The position numbers were made by a program, and so were the translations under genes. Below, in pieces: positions 49,905 through 61,319 of a stretch of 64,000 bases of DNA (its first letter is position 1; each line of letters starts with the position of its first letter). Origin of the DNA: Scyliorhinus canicula (taxonomy: Eukaryota); contig NC_052152.1 of NCBI RefSeq assembly GCF_902713615.1, positions 51,807,810 through 51,871,809 on the forward strand, read 5' to 3'. A model generated the notes under the pieces. The model was not told the origin of the DNA and did not search any database. It saw only the letters and a list, made by a program, of their open reading frames with translations.

Positions 49905-50549
49905 CTACTGACTGAACAAAAAAATGGGCCAAGAGAAGTATTTGCTCATATTAAATATAAATTGAAATTAGTGTGCAGAGGTCCTCTATGGCTTTCAGGC
50001 TGTGGTCCTTGATATGCATCCTGGACAGCTAGAAATAAGACTGCATTTTCGTCTAGATCATATTCTTAAGGTTGGAATTTGGCTAACCAACAGTTAGCTC
50101 AACTTGAAACCCTACTTGGTAAAAAGAACACCGTTGCACTGTAGGCAGGGCAGAGCAGGCTGAAATCAGTCCCACTCTAGACACAGATTCTGGGAGGACA
50201 TGGGGCGGGCAGTTATTGAGGTAGACAGGTTAGAAGACCTGCATTACTTCTCTGGGACTTGGCCCCAGTTGTTTTTGAAGATTTTAGGCCTTATAGCCCT
50301 CATACCCTTACCCACTCCCCATGGATCCTCATTTTTGGATGCTAATTCAATACCAAATCACCCAGTAGACACCATAGGATGACATCAGGAGCCTGTGGAG
50401 ATAGAAGTAACCTTCTAAAAATCCAATGCAGTTTCTACTGTACAAACTTGATTGTGAAAAAACTCCCATTCATAAAGCTTTGAAATCTCAAGTGATTAAT
50501 CGTTTATAAAAACAAGCTTCTGTTCAACGCGTAATTCTTTAATGCCCTC

Positions 50550-50840
50550 TTTCAGCCGTCAATCAAAATGAACTCAGAACACCCTGCTGAGATAATTGTA
50601 GCTTTGGAAACTCAGCCACAATGAATAGCCCTGAGGGCAATCTCAACAAAGAACATTATTTAAACTGCTCAAACACGTGCTGCAACAACTGTCCTGTCAA
50701 TCAGATCTGTCGAGCAAAGGTTTCTTTTAAACAATCACTGACAGCTACAGCCAGCTTTTTTAAACAACAGTTTAAAGAGCAGGGAATTTTTAAAAATCAG
50801 ATCATGACAGTCAAACAGGTTTATTCACCTGTCAAGAGCA
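50550..50840. promoter_or_regulatory. Candidate enhancer: PBX-MEIS/PREP (TALE) motif cluster
   Basis: TGATTGACGG (minus strand, 50556-65), TGATTGACAG (minus strand, 50694-703), TGACAG at 50739, 50805 and 50829 (minus), CACGTG at 50674; no repeat hallmarks. Confidence 0.45.
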
Positions 50841-51121
50841 TTTACTTCAGTGATAAATTCAAACTTGCACTGTACATTAACGAGCATGCAAGAGCCGGAA
50901 TTGGGTCGATTTGAACTCTACACTAAGTTCAAATGGTCCTGCTGAGTTCAAGTTTCCCTCATGAATGAATCATGCACTCCTGCAAAAATGGGATATGCTG
51001 GAAAGGGATAGGAACTTCTGTATCCAGGTCCCATCTGCCTTTTTAAAAGATTTGCATAACCCTTCTGACTCTGGAAATCTGGCCCTTTACATCCCTTAGT
51101 TCTCATCATTAACATGACACA

Positions 51122-51442
51122 AAAGGGCAGCACGGTAGCACAGTTCCTTCACAGCTCCAGGGTCCCAGGTTCGATTCCCGGTTTGGGTCACTGTCTGTGT
51201 GGAGTCTGCACGTTCTCCCAGTGTATGCGTGGGTTTCCTCCGGGTGCTCCGGTTTCCTCCCACAGTCCAAAGATGTGCAGGGTAGGTGGAAAGGCCATGC
51301 TAAATTGCCCTTAGTGTCCAAAAAGGTTGGGTTGGGTTACAGGGATAGGCTGAAGGTGTGGGCTTGGGGAGGGTACTCTTTCCAAGGGCTGACTCAGATC
51401 AAATGGGTCGAATGGCCTCCTTTTGCACTGCAAATTCTATGA
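51122..51442 (+). mobile_element. Full-length V-SINE with CR1-type tail
   Basis: GGGCAGCACGGTAGCACAG head, long core, GAATGGCCTCCTTTTGCACTGCAAATTCTATG tail. Confidence 0.9.
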
Positions 51443-52319
51443 AACAAGAAGTGAAATTACAAGTCATCCATTTCCAAAAATTCTTAAAGCTTTGTGTAAT
51501 AGTAGGAAAGATGGTCATCAAGAAATGTTGAATATTTTAAAATTGGTGTTCACAATTGTGCAGTAACATTTCCTCGTTTGTTGAATGCATTGAAACTGCT
51601 TGTTCACCAACCAATGTTCCTATCAATGTTTTTATTATTTGGTGAATTATCTTCTTTATCATTGGATAAGCCTCTATTATTCGGCAGATGTAGTATTGCC
51701 CAATCCAAAAAAACAGAAAACTATATTTCAAGTGAAGGGTAATGAAATGCCACAAATATTGAAAATCAGGAAACATAAAAAGCAGTAAAAACTTTCAATG
51801 AAAATTTAGAAAAAATGTAAATGTGAAGCGTTAATAAAATTAATTTCAGCCAACATCAGATTATTTTGATAACTTTAGTCGGCAAGTGCGTTCATTATTT
51901 TAGTCATGAATATTCCTTCAGTTCCTCCTTGTATTATTTATTGGATTTCTTTGTTCTTTGGAACTAAGAATGAGACCGAAAGAAAAACAGCAGGAAAAGA
52001 AAGAGAACAAAGGTGAAAAAGAATAAACAGCAAGAGGAAGGGGGAGAGCGCGAAAAGAGGGAGAGAGCGTGAAACAGAAACAAAGGAAGAGAGTGATAGT
52101 CTTTTTGCAGACCAACGTCCGTGGTTAAATTATTGCTAACATCAAACAAATTAACTTGCAAATTAGGAGTTGGCCAATCGGCCGCTCAAACTTGATCTGG
52201 CATTTGATAAGATCATGGCTGATCTGATTGTGACCTCAACTCTGCCTTCCTGTCTGCCCGTTACAACTTTTGGCTTCCTTCTCAATCAAAAAACTGTTTA
52301 ACTCAGCCTTAAAAATATT

Positions 52320-52640
52320 CAATGATCTTGACTGCCGGGTAGATGAAAGTGTTAGCTGTACTTGGCCAGGGGCACGGCAAGTTCTGGAGCACAAGTCTTC
52401 AGTACTATTGCTGGGATATTGTCAGTGCCCATAAATTTGCAGTACCTAGTGCCTTCAGCCATTTCTTGATGTCACGTGGAGTGAATCGAATTGGCTGAAG
52501 ACTGACATCTGTGATGCTGGTGACCGCTGGTGGAGATCGAGATGGATCATCCATTCGGCACTCCTGGCCGAAGATTGTTCCAAATGCTTCAGTCTTGTAT
52601 TTTGCACAGATGTGCTGACCTCTTCTATCATTGAGGATGC
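52320..52640 (-). mobile_element. CR1-clade LINE fragment
   Basis: Shares GTTCTGGAGCA(C/T)AAGTCTTCAGTACTATTGCTGG with 42200-42240. Confidence 0.7.
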
Positions 52641-53172
52641 CTTTTGGAAATCCAAGTGCACTACATCCACAGATTCCCCTTTATTGAAGTCACTTGGTAC
52701 TTCCTCAAAGAACTCCAATATATGAGTTAAAGACCCTAGGATACAGGCTATCTGGCCCTGTGAACTTATCAACGTTAGATTGAATTAGCACATTTCCCCA
52801 AGTGATTGTTATACGTTGTTCTCTCCTTTTCAACTCTGAGAATCAGAGTCCCTACAGTCCAGAAGGAGGCCATTTGGTCTATTGAGTCTGTATCGACCAC
52901 CCCTCCCCATCCTATCCCAATAATCCCGCGTGGTGATCATGGCCAATCCTGCCTCACTTGCACATCTTTTGCCTTGATTTCGAACCCATGTCCCAGAGCA
53001 TGAACCTGGGCCTCTTGATTACTAGCCCAATGACATTACAACCATGCCACCGTCTCTCCGACTCGTTGGATACACCTAGGGGTTGCGTGGTAGGACATGC
53101 CGATGTATAAAATTTGAAAAATGCTATAAAGCTGTTTGTGCTCACTAGTGAGCACAATCAGCAGCCCATATA

Positions 53173-53326
53173 GGGGCTGGTTTAGCTCAGTGGGCTAGAC
53201 AGCTGGTTGTGATGTAGAACAAGGTCAGCAGCGCAGGTTCAATTCCCGTATCAGCTTACCCGAACAGGCGACTAGGGGCTTTTCACAGTAACTTCATACT
53301 TGTGACAATAAAAGATTATTATTATT
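53173..53326 (+). mobile_element. tRNA-derived SINE (second head type) with (ATT)n tail
   Basis: GGGGCTGGTTTAGCTCAGTGG...GGTTCAATTCC...GGGGCTTTTCACAGTAACTTC...GATTATTATTATT. Confidence 0.85.
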
Positions 53327-53429
53327 ACAGTGAGAATCCAGCCTCTGATTGGACACGGTGAAACTAGTGGAAAAGTATGTCTTCAAGCTTCCAGGCCAAG
53401 GTGAGAGTGAGGTAGAGAGTGTAGCGTGG

Positions 53430-53666
53430 GGGCAGCACGGTGGCACAGTGGTTAGCATTGCTGCCTACGGCGCTGAGGACCCGGGTTCGAATCCCGGCTC
53501 TGGATCACTGTCCGTGAGGAGTTTGCACATTCTCCCCGTGTCTGCATGGGTTTGGCTCCCACAACCCAAAGATGTGCAGGGTAGGTGGATTGGCCATGCT
53601 AAATTGCCCCTTAATTGGAAAAAATAATTGGGTACTCTAAATTTATTTAAAAAAAAGAAAAAAAAA
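53430..53666 (+). mobile_element. V-SINE, short-tailed, 14-bp TSD
   Basis: TSD AGAGTGTAGCGTGG at 53416-29 and 53667-80. Confidence 0.93.
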
Positions 53667-54059
53667 AGAGTGTAGCGTGGAACGATGGGGATAGAGGACT
53701 AGAGAACGAGGTACAGCAGGTGATGAAATGATGGGGAGCGCACGTGGTGTGAGTGGGAAGAGAAGCGGCCATCGGGTGGGAGGAAAAATGGCCACCTGGT
53801 GGAACGGGAAACAGCGATGGGGTGGGAGGGCAAGTGACCATGGAGTGGGAGGGGAAGTGGCCATGAAGCAAGGGAAACAGCGAGCTGTGGGGTGGGAGGG
53901 TAAGCAGCCATGGACTGAGGGAAACAGTGGGTGGGGTGAGAGGTCGCAATGCAGCACGGAAGAGAGCGGGCTATGGAGCGATATCCAGAGGGTGAATGGG
54001 CCTTGGCACGGAAGCGAGAGCGGAGCAAGTGGGAGAAGGGGCCCATTGGCATTTGAGGG

Positions 54060-54265
54060 GATAGAAGGTGTGTGTTTAGATGTGATTGTGTCATAGAGAG
54101 AGGTGAGTACGTGTGTGTGTGGGAAAGGTTGAGATTGTGTGTGCGTGTAAGAGAGAGGTGTGTGTGTGTGCGCGAGTGAATGTATGTGTGAATGTGTTCA
54201 TGTGTGTGAGTGAGTGTACGTGTAAGAGAGTGAGTGAATGAGTATGTGAGACAGAGTGTGAATGT
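54060..54265. repeat. Degenerate (GT)/(GA) microsatellite
   Basis: Interspersed GTGT, GAGA and GTGA runs. Confidence 0.85.
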
Positions 54266-55361
54266 GTCCAATATGGGCATCCAGCTCTCCTGCAGCACTC
54301 CTAACATAAATTTGTGAGCCAAAGAAGCCACATCACTCCTGCCATTAAAAATGACAAAAAGGCAAGACTTAAATAGTTTGTTGAAAAAGATAATTTATTA
54401 ATTGTAATAAATGGATACACATTTAGAAATTTACTTTTGGTATGGTTGTATTTATTGCACAAAAACAATCATTGTTTTGTGGTTTAACTCTTCAACATAA
54501 TAAGAATGTTTCTCAGGGATTCCGTCAGTACTTTTGGAAGGACAAAATGATTCCATGGCTGGAAAAGTTTGGGAAACTATGTCATAAACAAATTCACTCT
54601 GTGATATGCCCTTGGCTTGAAGTACAGTCATTGTTCTTATGTGGATAAAAGAAGCCAGTCAACTTAGAGCAAAATTCCAAAGAAAATGAGTTGAATGACT
54701 ACTTAACTTGTTTCCATGGTATCAGTTCAAGGAGGAACATCACTCAATGTATTTTTAAAATCACTTCATAGGATTTTGTTTTAATGCTGACCTGAACAGG
54801 CAGACTGTTCCTTGGTTTAAATTTTCATTGAGGATGTCTTTTAGACATCCAAGTGCAGTACATCTAAAGAAAGCAGGAGTCATTTGAACCTAACCCACCC
54901 AGCGGGAACCCAGCGGGAAGGTGACCAATTCGACCTTTCATTTTACACCTTGCGCAAAATCTATTGAATGTAATGTTTGCTGCTGTGTGAAATAGGTGGC
55001 TGATCCAACCCCTTCTCTTTCACACGATATAGGTAAAATTAGAAAGCAGCTCTGACTAGTACAATTCGCAGGGAGTGCTACATGAAGTGAGGGGCTTGAA
55101 CCTACAACATTCTGACTCCAAGACAAATTTGCCGAGGCAGGAGGAGAATTAAAGAGAAAGGAAATACATTGCTCTCAGAGCTAAACATGCCATAAGCAAT
55201 GCCATTGCAAATCAAAAAGTTATGAAAATAGCCAAACTCACATTGGCAAGTGCCAAAGCAATATAGATCTCAATTCCTGATTAAACAAAATATGATGATT
55301 ACTTTCCTCAACAGGCTCAAACAATTAAAACAACCTAGTAATGGAGAGAGTAAAATTTGTT

Positions 55362-56118
55362 GGGTGGGATTCTCCCCTACCCAGCGGGGCGGGCCATACC
55401 AGCATCGAGGAATGGCGTGAATCACTCCGGTGTCGGGCCACCCGGAATCCTCCACACCTTCAGGGGCGAGGCCGGCGCCAGCGGGTTTCGCGCATCACCA
55501 GCCGGCGCAGAAGGGCTTGGCGCCACGCCAACAGGCGGCAAGGGCCTCTGCCGGTCAGCACGGGTTGGCGCATGCGCGGGAGCACCAGCGTGTGCTGGCA
55601 TCACACCAGCGCATGCACAGGGGGGTTCCTCTCCGCACCGGCCATGGCGGAGGTTGACAGCAGCCAGCGCGGGGGGAAAGAGTGCCCCCACGGCACAGGC
55701 CCGCCTGCAGATCGGTGGGCTCCGATCACGGGCCAGGCTACTGTAGGGGCACCCCCCCCGGGACAGATCCCTCCGCGCCCCCCCCCCCCCCCCCCCCGGG
55801 CCAGATCCCCCCGCGCCCCCCCCCCCCCCCCCCCCCCCTCTGAGGACTCTGCAGGCCACCCGTAGAGCCAGGTCCGCTGGTACGGACCTGGTTTGATTTA
55901 TGCCGGCAGGACCAGCCGAAGATGGGCAGCTGCTCGGCCCATCGCGGGACTGAGAATCGCCGGGGAGGGGGGGGGCCTCTGCTGCCAGCGGCCGCCGACC
56001 TGCGCGGTGTGATTCCTGCCCCCGCCAAAACCCCAGCAGCCGCCGACGGTGCGGGATTCACTCCGCCCCCGGCGATTCTCTGGCCCAGCCGGGGGGGGGG
56101 GGTCGGAGAATCCCGCCC
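55362..56118. mobile_element. Harbinger-type MITE (757 bp) with C homopolymers
   Basis: TIRs GGGTGGGATTCTCC / GGAGAATCCCGCCC; flanks GTT/ATT. Confidence 0.88.
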
Positions 56119-57394
56119 ATTATTGGGAAAATCATGACACAGAAGGTGCCCAAATGCAGCGTCAACCTGTTGTACGAACATGCGGCAACATGACGCACTC
56201 GTATGTGGCTTCAGGCTTGATCATTGGGAGGGCTACAACAAGTGAAGGCGAGGCTTTTACTCAGGAACAGGGGAGGTGGATAATTATAAAGTTAACCCAC
56301 ATTACATTCAGAACTCTCCTGAGAACCAGCTGCAGAGGATCATTGGAGAATGTGGGAGTAGAACCTAAAAGGCAGACAGAGTCGAAGATGAATGATTTTC
56401 AGACCCAGACCCTATGCTTTGCAGCCTTCTCGCACCCAATGGAGATGGGGTAGGTTGGACAAAAAACATCACGAACCCGACTCATTCACTCAATTCTGGC
56501 GTGCAAGGTGCAGCCCCTATCCAGACCCAGACTCTATTTCCCATAAGTTTCTTGTGCATGCTCCAGGGGACTGAATAGCCTGCCTTGTGTGTGCCCCTGT
56601 CTGGCCTTGTGCTGCTAGACTGTGGTACTCCACAACCATACCATATTTACACAGAGTGTTAGGGTTGGTTTAAAGGGAATTGATATTCATGCATGTCCTC
56701 CCCGACTGGCGCTCCCCTTGTTTACACTATTAAAACCTATTTTAATTAGTACCTTATTCTACCCCAAAAAAACAAATTTACTATTTTGTTGGTGGGAGAA
56801 GGAAGTCAGTTAACCAGAAAGTAAACCCAGAGACCTGACACTCATGGAAGATTCAAGTTGAGAAAGATTCAACGTAGAAACACTTTAAGAGCTGTATAGT
56901 AGAGCATGACTTTTCTATTATTCAAGTCATTAACACTGTATCATGTCAGAGATCTTGGTGTTGTGTATAACAGTATAAGAGACAGTGGGGCATAACAAAA
57001 ATTATAATTCAGAATATCTTGATGCTTTACTTGCAAGTATGTAAGAATCATGTAGGATGAAGGTTGCCACAATGAGCTGGCCATTGTATCTGGACAAAAG
57101 CAAACCACAGCAAAAAACAAATGAAATAGGAGTATTAAGCATGCTGTGATATGGGAGTTATGATTATCATCCATCAAAATGTCCTATTTTACACAATGAC
57201 ATGAATCATTCAGCTTACCGTTCAGAAGCATTTCAATGAGTTGAATAAATTGTACCTTGGTTCTACAGATTTCTATTGTGCATTTGAACAGAGTTCACAA
57301 AATAAGTCAACACAATTTTGAGGTGAGAAGTTGCCATGGCTACCTGCACAACACTAAGAATGGACTCCGCTACCAGTGTGCTTAATGTTTTCAG

Positions 57395-57685
57395 GAAGTG
57401 GGTGGCACTGTGACACAGTGTTTAACACTGCGGCCTTACAGCACACTGGCACGGGTTTAATTCTGACCTTGGGTGACTGTGTGGAGTGTGTACGTACTCC
57501 CCTTGTCTGCGTGGGCTTCCTCCGAGTTTTCTGGTTTCCTCCCAAAGTCACAAAGGTGAGCAGATTAGGTGGGGTTACAGGAATAGGGCAGGAGAGTGGA
57601 CCTGGGTAAGGTGCTCTTTCAGAGGGTTGGCGGAGACGCGATGGGTGAAATGGCTTCCTTCTGCATGTAGGAACTCTATGATAAA
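57395..57685 (+). mobile_element. Diverged V-SINE with CR1-type tail
   Basis: Degenerate head and core; tail GATGGGTGAAATGGCTTCCTTCTGCATGTAGGAACTCTATGA. Confidence 0.75.
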
Positions 57686-57699
57686 TCTGAACTAATGAC

Positions 57700-58560
57700 T
57701 GCCACAGAAATTAATCTCTTATAACCCCCACGGAGGTCAAGAAATAGGATGATCTGATTCCCCGTGACATCTTCAGAAAATGAACTTCCCTGATAACGGA
57801 GTCAGGTCTACCCCTTAACAAGGAGAGCCCTCTTTAGTTTAAAAACCCTGACCTGGGTGCAGGACAGAGTGGGGAGACCCTTCCCGGAGTGGAGAGTATG
57901 ATTGTATTATTAATAAATCTTGTTCCTCGTTTTCTACCTGCTGTTTCATGCATGCTGGTTAAACACTGGCGACGAGGATAAAGTGGAGCTGCCATTGGTG
58001 CCAAGTACTACATGCCAGACCAATTTTGTCTGGGCCTCAAGAGGCCTTCAATCCACCAGCCGAAGTGGCGCACATCGGGAAATTGGAACTATTCAATGCA
58101 GGTACCAATGACTGGACGCGATATGTTGAGCGTTTGCAATATTTTATTCGTACCAACAGGATCATTGGGATGAAAATGGCTTGTGGGGAGCCCACCTATA
58201 GTCTTATCCAAAGCCTGACTCACCCAGATGAACTGGATTCACAGTCGTTTGCTGCTTTAGTGGCTGTTTGGGGATCATTTTGACTCGAAGCCTCCGCTGA
58301 GCGTCCGTTTCCACATGGCGAGTCCAATCCATGAGTGACCTCCTGGCCCGGTTGAGAAATTGGCCGAAACGTGTGACTTCGGCACCACATTCACTGAGTC
58401 CCTATGTGACCGCTTGGTATGTGGAACCGCAACACAGCTACACAAAATATATTTGGCGGAAACCAACCTGGATCTACAGTGCGTGGTGAAAGTGACAGCT
58501 CTTGACATCAAGGCAGCAATTGGCTGAATGTGGCATCAAGGAGCCCGAGGCAAAACTGGA
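57700..58560 (+). mobile_element. Gypsy-like LTR retrotransposon remnant (LTR end, PBS, gag)
   Basis: AATAAA...TTAAACA then CTGGCGACGAGG (PBS-like); GKLELFNAGTNDWTRYVERLQYFIRTN...ACGEPTYSLIQSL...LARLRKLAETCDFG..CDRLVCG gag motifs. The LTR start is approximate. Confidence 0.8.
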
Positions 58561-58599
58561 GTCAATGACAATTGGGGGGAAACTCTCCACCGAGCACAA

Positions 58600-59660
58600 A
58601 GTAAGATGGTGCAGTTGTTGGTGCAGTTGTTGGAGGCCAATAATCTCAGTCCCAGGCCAAGATTGTAGGTGTTCCTCCGGATATTATCCTAGGCCCAGCC
58701 ATCTTCAGCTGCTTAATAATGACCTTCCCTCCATCTTAAAAGTCAGAAATGGGAATGTTCACAGACGACTGCACAATGTTCAGCACCATTCGCGACTCCT
58801 CAGACACTGAAGCAGTCCGTGTCCATATGCAGCACAACCTGGACAATATTCAGATTTAGGCTGATAAGCAGCAAGTGGCGATTGGGTCACACATGTGCTA
58901 GGCGATGACCAACTCCAATATGAGAGAATCAAACCCCTTGAAATTGAATGGTTTTAGTATTGCTGAATCCCCCACTACCAAAATCCTAGGGGCTACCATT
59001 GACCAGAAACTGAGCTGGACAACACTAAAAATAAGGCAGCAACCAGAACAGGTCAGAGACTGGGAATTCTGCGGAGAGTAACTCCCATTCCGCCAAAACC
59101 TGTCCATCATACAAGGCACAAGTCACAGGTGTGTGTTGGAATACTCTCTAATTGCCTGGATGAGTGCAGCACCAACCCTTGTACTTCCAGGTGGTAGAAG
59201 TTGCGGGTTTGGAGTGTGCTGTTGGAGGAGCCTTGTTGTTAATGGAAGTGGATGTTGAAGGTGATGGACGGGGTGCCAATTAAGCGGAATACTTTGTTCT
59301 GGATGGTCTTAAGCTTCTTGCTACCATTGACCAGAAACTGAGCTGGACAACACTAAAAATAAGGCGGAAACCAGAACAGGTCAGAGAGGACAAGGACACG
59401 GGTATCAATGCATTGGAACACCATCACTTGCAAGTTCCCCTCCAAGACACACACCATCCCTGACTTGGAGCCATATCACTATTCCTTCACAGTCGCTGGG
59501 TCAAAATCCTGGAACTCCCTCCCTAACAGCACTGTGGTATACCTACACCACAGGGCTGCAGCAGTTCTAGGCAGAAGCTCACCACCACCTTCTGAACGGC
59601 AATTAGGGATGGCAATAAATGCTGGCCCAGCCAGCAACACCCATGCCCTGTGAAAGAATA
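58600..59660 (+). mobile_element. CR1-clade LINE 3' fragment, internally rearranged
   Basis: IFSCFNNDLPSI-like motif; 68-bp direct repeat (58992-59059 and 59320-59387) flanking an inverted segment. Confidence 0.8.
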
Positions 59661-59846
59661 AAACTCTGTTCTCCTTAATATATTGAAATTTCAATCAAAT
59701 CACTTCTTAACCATCTGAATCCAAGGGATATAAATTGTGTATTTCCCCAGGCAATTTAACTCATGGAGTTCAGGTATCATTCTGGTGAACTTACATTGCA
59801 CTCCTTACAAGGCAAATTTATCTTTTCTGTAGACAGATTTTTGATA

Positions 59847-59988
59847 CAGTAAGAAGTCTTACAACACCAGGTTAAAGTCCAACAGGTTTGTTTCAAACAC
59901 GAGCTTTCGGAGCACGGCTCCTTCTTCAGGACCTGAAGAAGGAGCCGTGCTCCGAAAGCTCGTGTTTGAAACAAACCTGTTGGACTTT
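59847..59988. mobile_element. Penelope-like element terminal repeat in tail-to-tail inversion (perfect 57-bp arms)
   Basis: 59874-59930 is the exact reverse complement of 59932-59988; TTTGATA duplicated at 59840-46 and 59986-92; inserted in a CR1 3' fragment. Confidence 0.85.
59931..59964 (+). ncRNA. Minimal hammerhead-ribozyme-like motif
   Basis: AC-CUGAAGA-A-GGAGC(cgu)GCUCC-GAAA-GC-UC-GU: CUGANGA core, 5-bp stem II, GAAA, palindromic AGCU in place of stem III, UC cleavage site. A mirror copy lies on the minus strand at about 59898-59930. Confidence 0.6.
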
Positions 59989-60172
59989 GATAGGCAAGGG
60001 AGGCAAGAGATAGGGAGGGTAGGTGGCAAAATGGAGTCGAGGCCTCAAACAGATCAGCCGCGACCTCAGTGAATGACGCAACAGACTGAAAGAGCCGAAT
60101 GGCTTGCTCCTGCTCCGAAATCTTATGTTGCTTGGTTTCTAACTGCACACAGTACTCAAAGTGTAAGAACTT

Positions 60173-60380
60173 AAAGTAAAGTGACCATAGTCCCAGATGA
60201 CCATAGGCTGCTTTCCCCTTTGAGGGGGAGAGCTAACTGATGGTGATTTAATCTGAGGATCACCACACCTCAAGCGAGGGGCAAGGTTGAGAAGGCCTCA
60301 GCCAGTACGGGAATTGAACCCGCGCTGCTTGCCTCTGCATCACGAACCAGCTGCACAGCCAACTGAGCTAAACAGGCCCC
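60173..60380 (-). mobile_element. tRNA-derived SINE (second head type) with a different (ACTTT)n tail
   Basis: GGGGCCTGTTTAGCTCAGTTGG...GGTTCAATTCC head; tail ...CAGCCTATGGTCATCTGGGACTATGGTCACTTTACTTT. Confidence 0.8.
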
Positions 60381-60560
60381 AGTTGTAATATGCCTTTAAG
60401 GGATAGCAGCATGCCATCATTAGAAGCGAAGTGTGTCATATGATCTAGTCTTGGTATCACTTTTGCCTTTGAACACAACACATAAACAAAGCTCAGTTGC
60501 TTCAAGCTTTCTACCTATGTATAAATGTCCTCATGTGCCAATCTAAATAACCCACATCAT

Positions 60561-61260
60561 GGCCGGGATTCTCCCCTACCCGGCGGGGCGGGAGGTCCCG
60601 ACATGATGGAGTGGCGTGAACCACTCCGGCGTCGGGCCGCCCCAAAGGTGCGGAAGTCTCCGCACCTAGCCCAAACATTGAGGGGCTAAGCCCGTGCCAG
60701 AGTGGTTGGCGCTCCGCCGGCTGGCGTGGACTGCCTTTGACGCCACGCCAGCCAGGGCCGAAGGGGCTGCGCCGGCTGGTGGAAGTCCGCGCATGTGCCG
60801 GAGAGTCAGCGGCTGCTGACATCATCCCCACGCATGCGCAGGGGAGGGGGTCACTTCCACCTCTGCCATGGTGAAGACTATGGTGAAGGCGGAAGGAAAA
60901 GAGTGCCCCCACGACACAGGCCCGCCCGCCGCGATCGCGGGCCAGGCCACCGTGGGGGCACCCCTCGGGGCCAGATCGCCCCGTGCCCCCCCCCCCAGGA
61001 ACCCGGAGCCCACCCGTGTCGCCTGCTCCCGCCGGTAAGGTAGGTGGTTTGATCCACGCTGGCGGGAGAGGCTTGACAGCAGCGGGACTTCGGCCCATTG
61101 CGGGCTGGAGAATCGCCGGGGGGGGCCCACCGACCGACGCGGAGCGATTCCCATCCCCGCTGAATCTCCGGTGCCGGAGAATTCGGGACACGACGGGGGC
61201 GGGATTGACGCCGGCCCATGGCGATTCTCCGACCCGGCGGGGGGTCGGAGAATTCCGCCC
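60561..61260. mobile_element. Harbinger-type MITE (700 bp)
   Basis: TIRs GGCCGGGATTCTCC / GGAGAATTCCGCCC; perfect TSD CAT. Confidence 0.9.
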
Positions 61261-61319
61261 CATGTTTATGCAATGCTTTTGAGCGATTGGTGTTTATATC
61301 ATATCATGACACAATATGG

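Noticed and set aside
53643-54331. 210-aa and neighbouring His/Thr/Pro-rich ORFs
   Set aside because: Translations of low-complexity GT/GA and G-rich repeats.
56941-57177. Hydrophobic ORF as a signal-peptide exon
   Set aside because: No convincing phase-1 donor after the hydrophobic stretch; likely AT-rich chance ORF.
57330-57343. RFX X-box-like GTTGCCATGGCTAC
   Set aside because: A single 13/14 match with no supporting cluster; cannot be distinguished from chance.
1880-60380. tRNA genes
   Set aside because: The A/B-box segments run into SINE cores and tails and do not complete a cloverleaf.
19581-61282. Many overlapping 70-250-aa Pro/Gly/Arg/Ala-rich ORFs (e.g. 39762-40508, 45087-45761, 55341-56181, 60511-61263)
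   Set aside because: They lie in GC-rich MITEs, where stop codons are rare; no domain signal.
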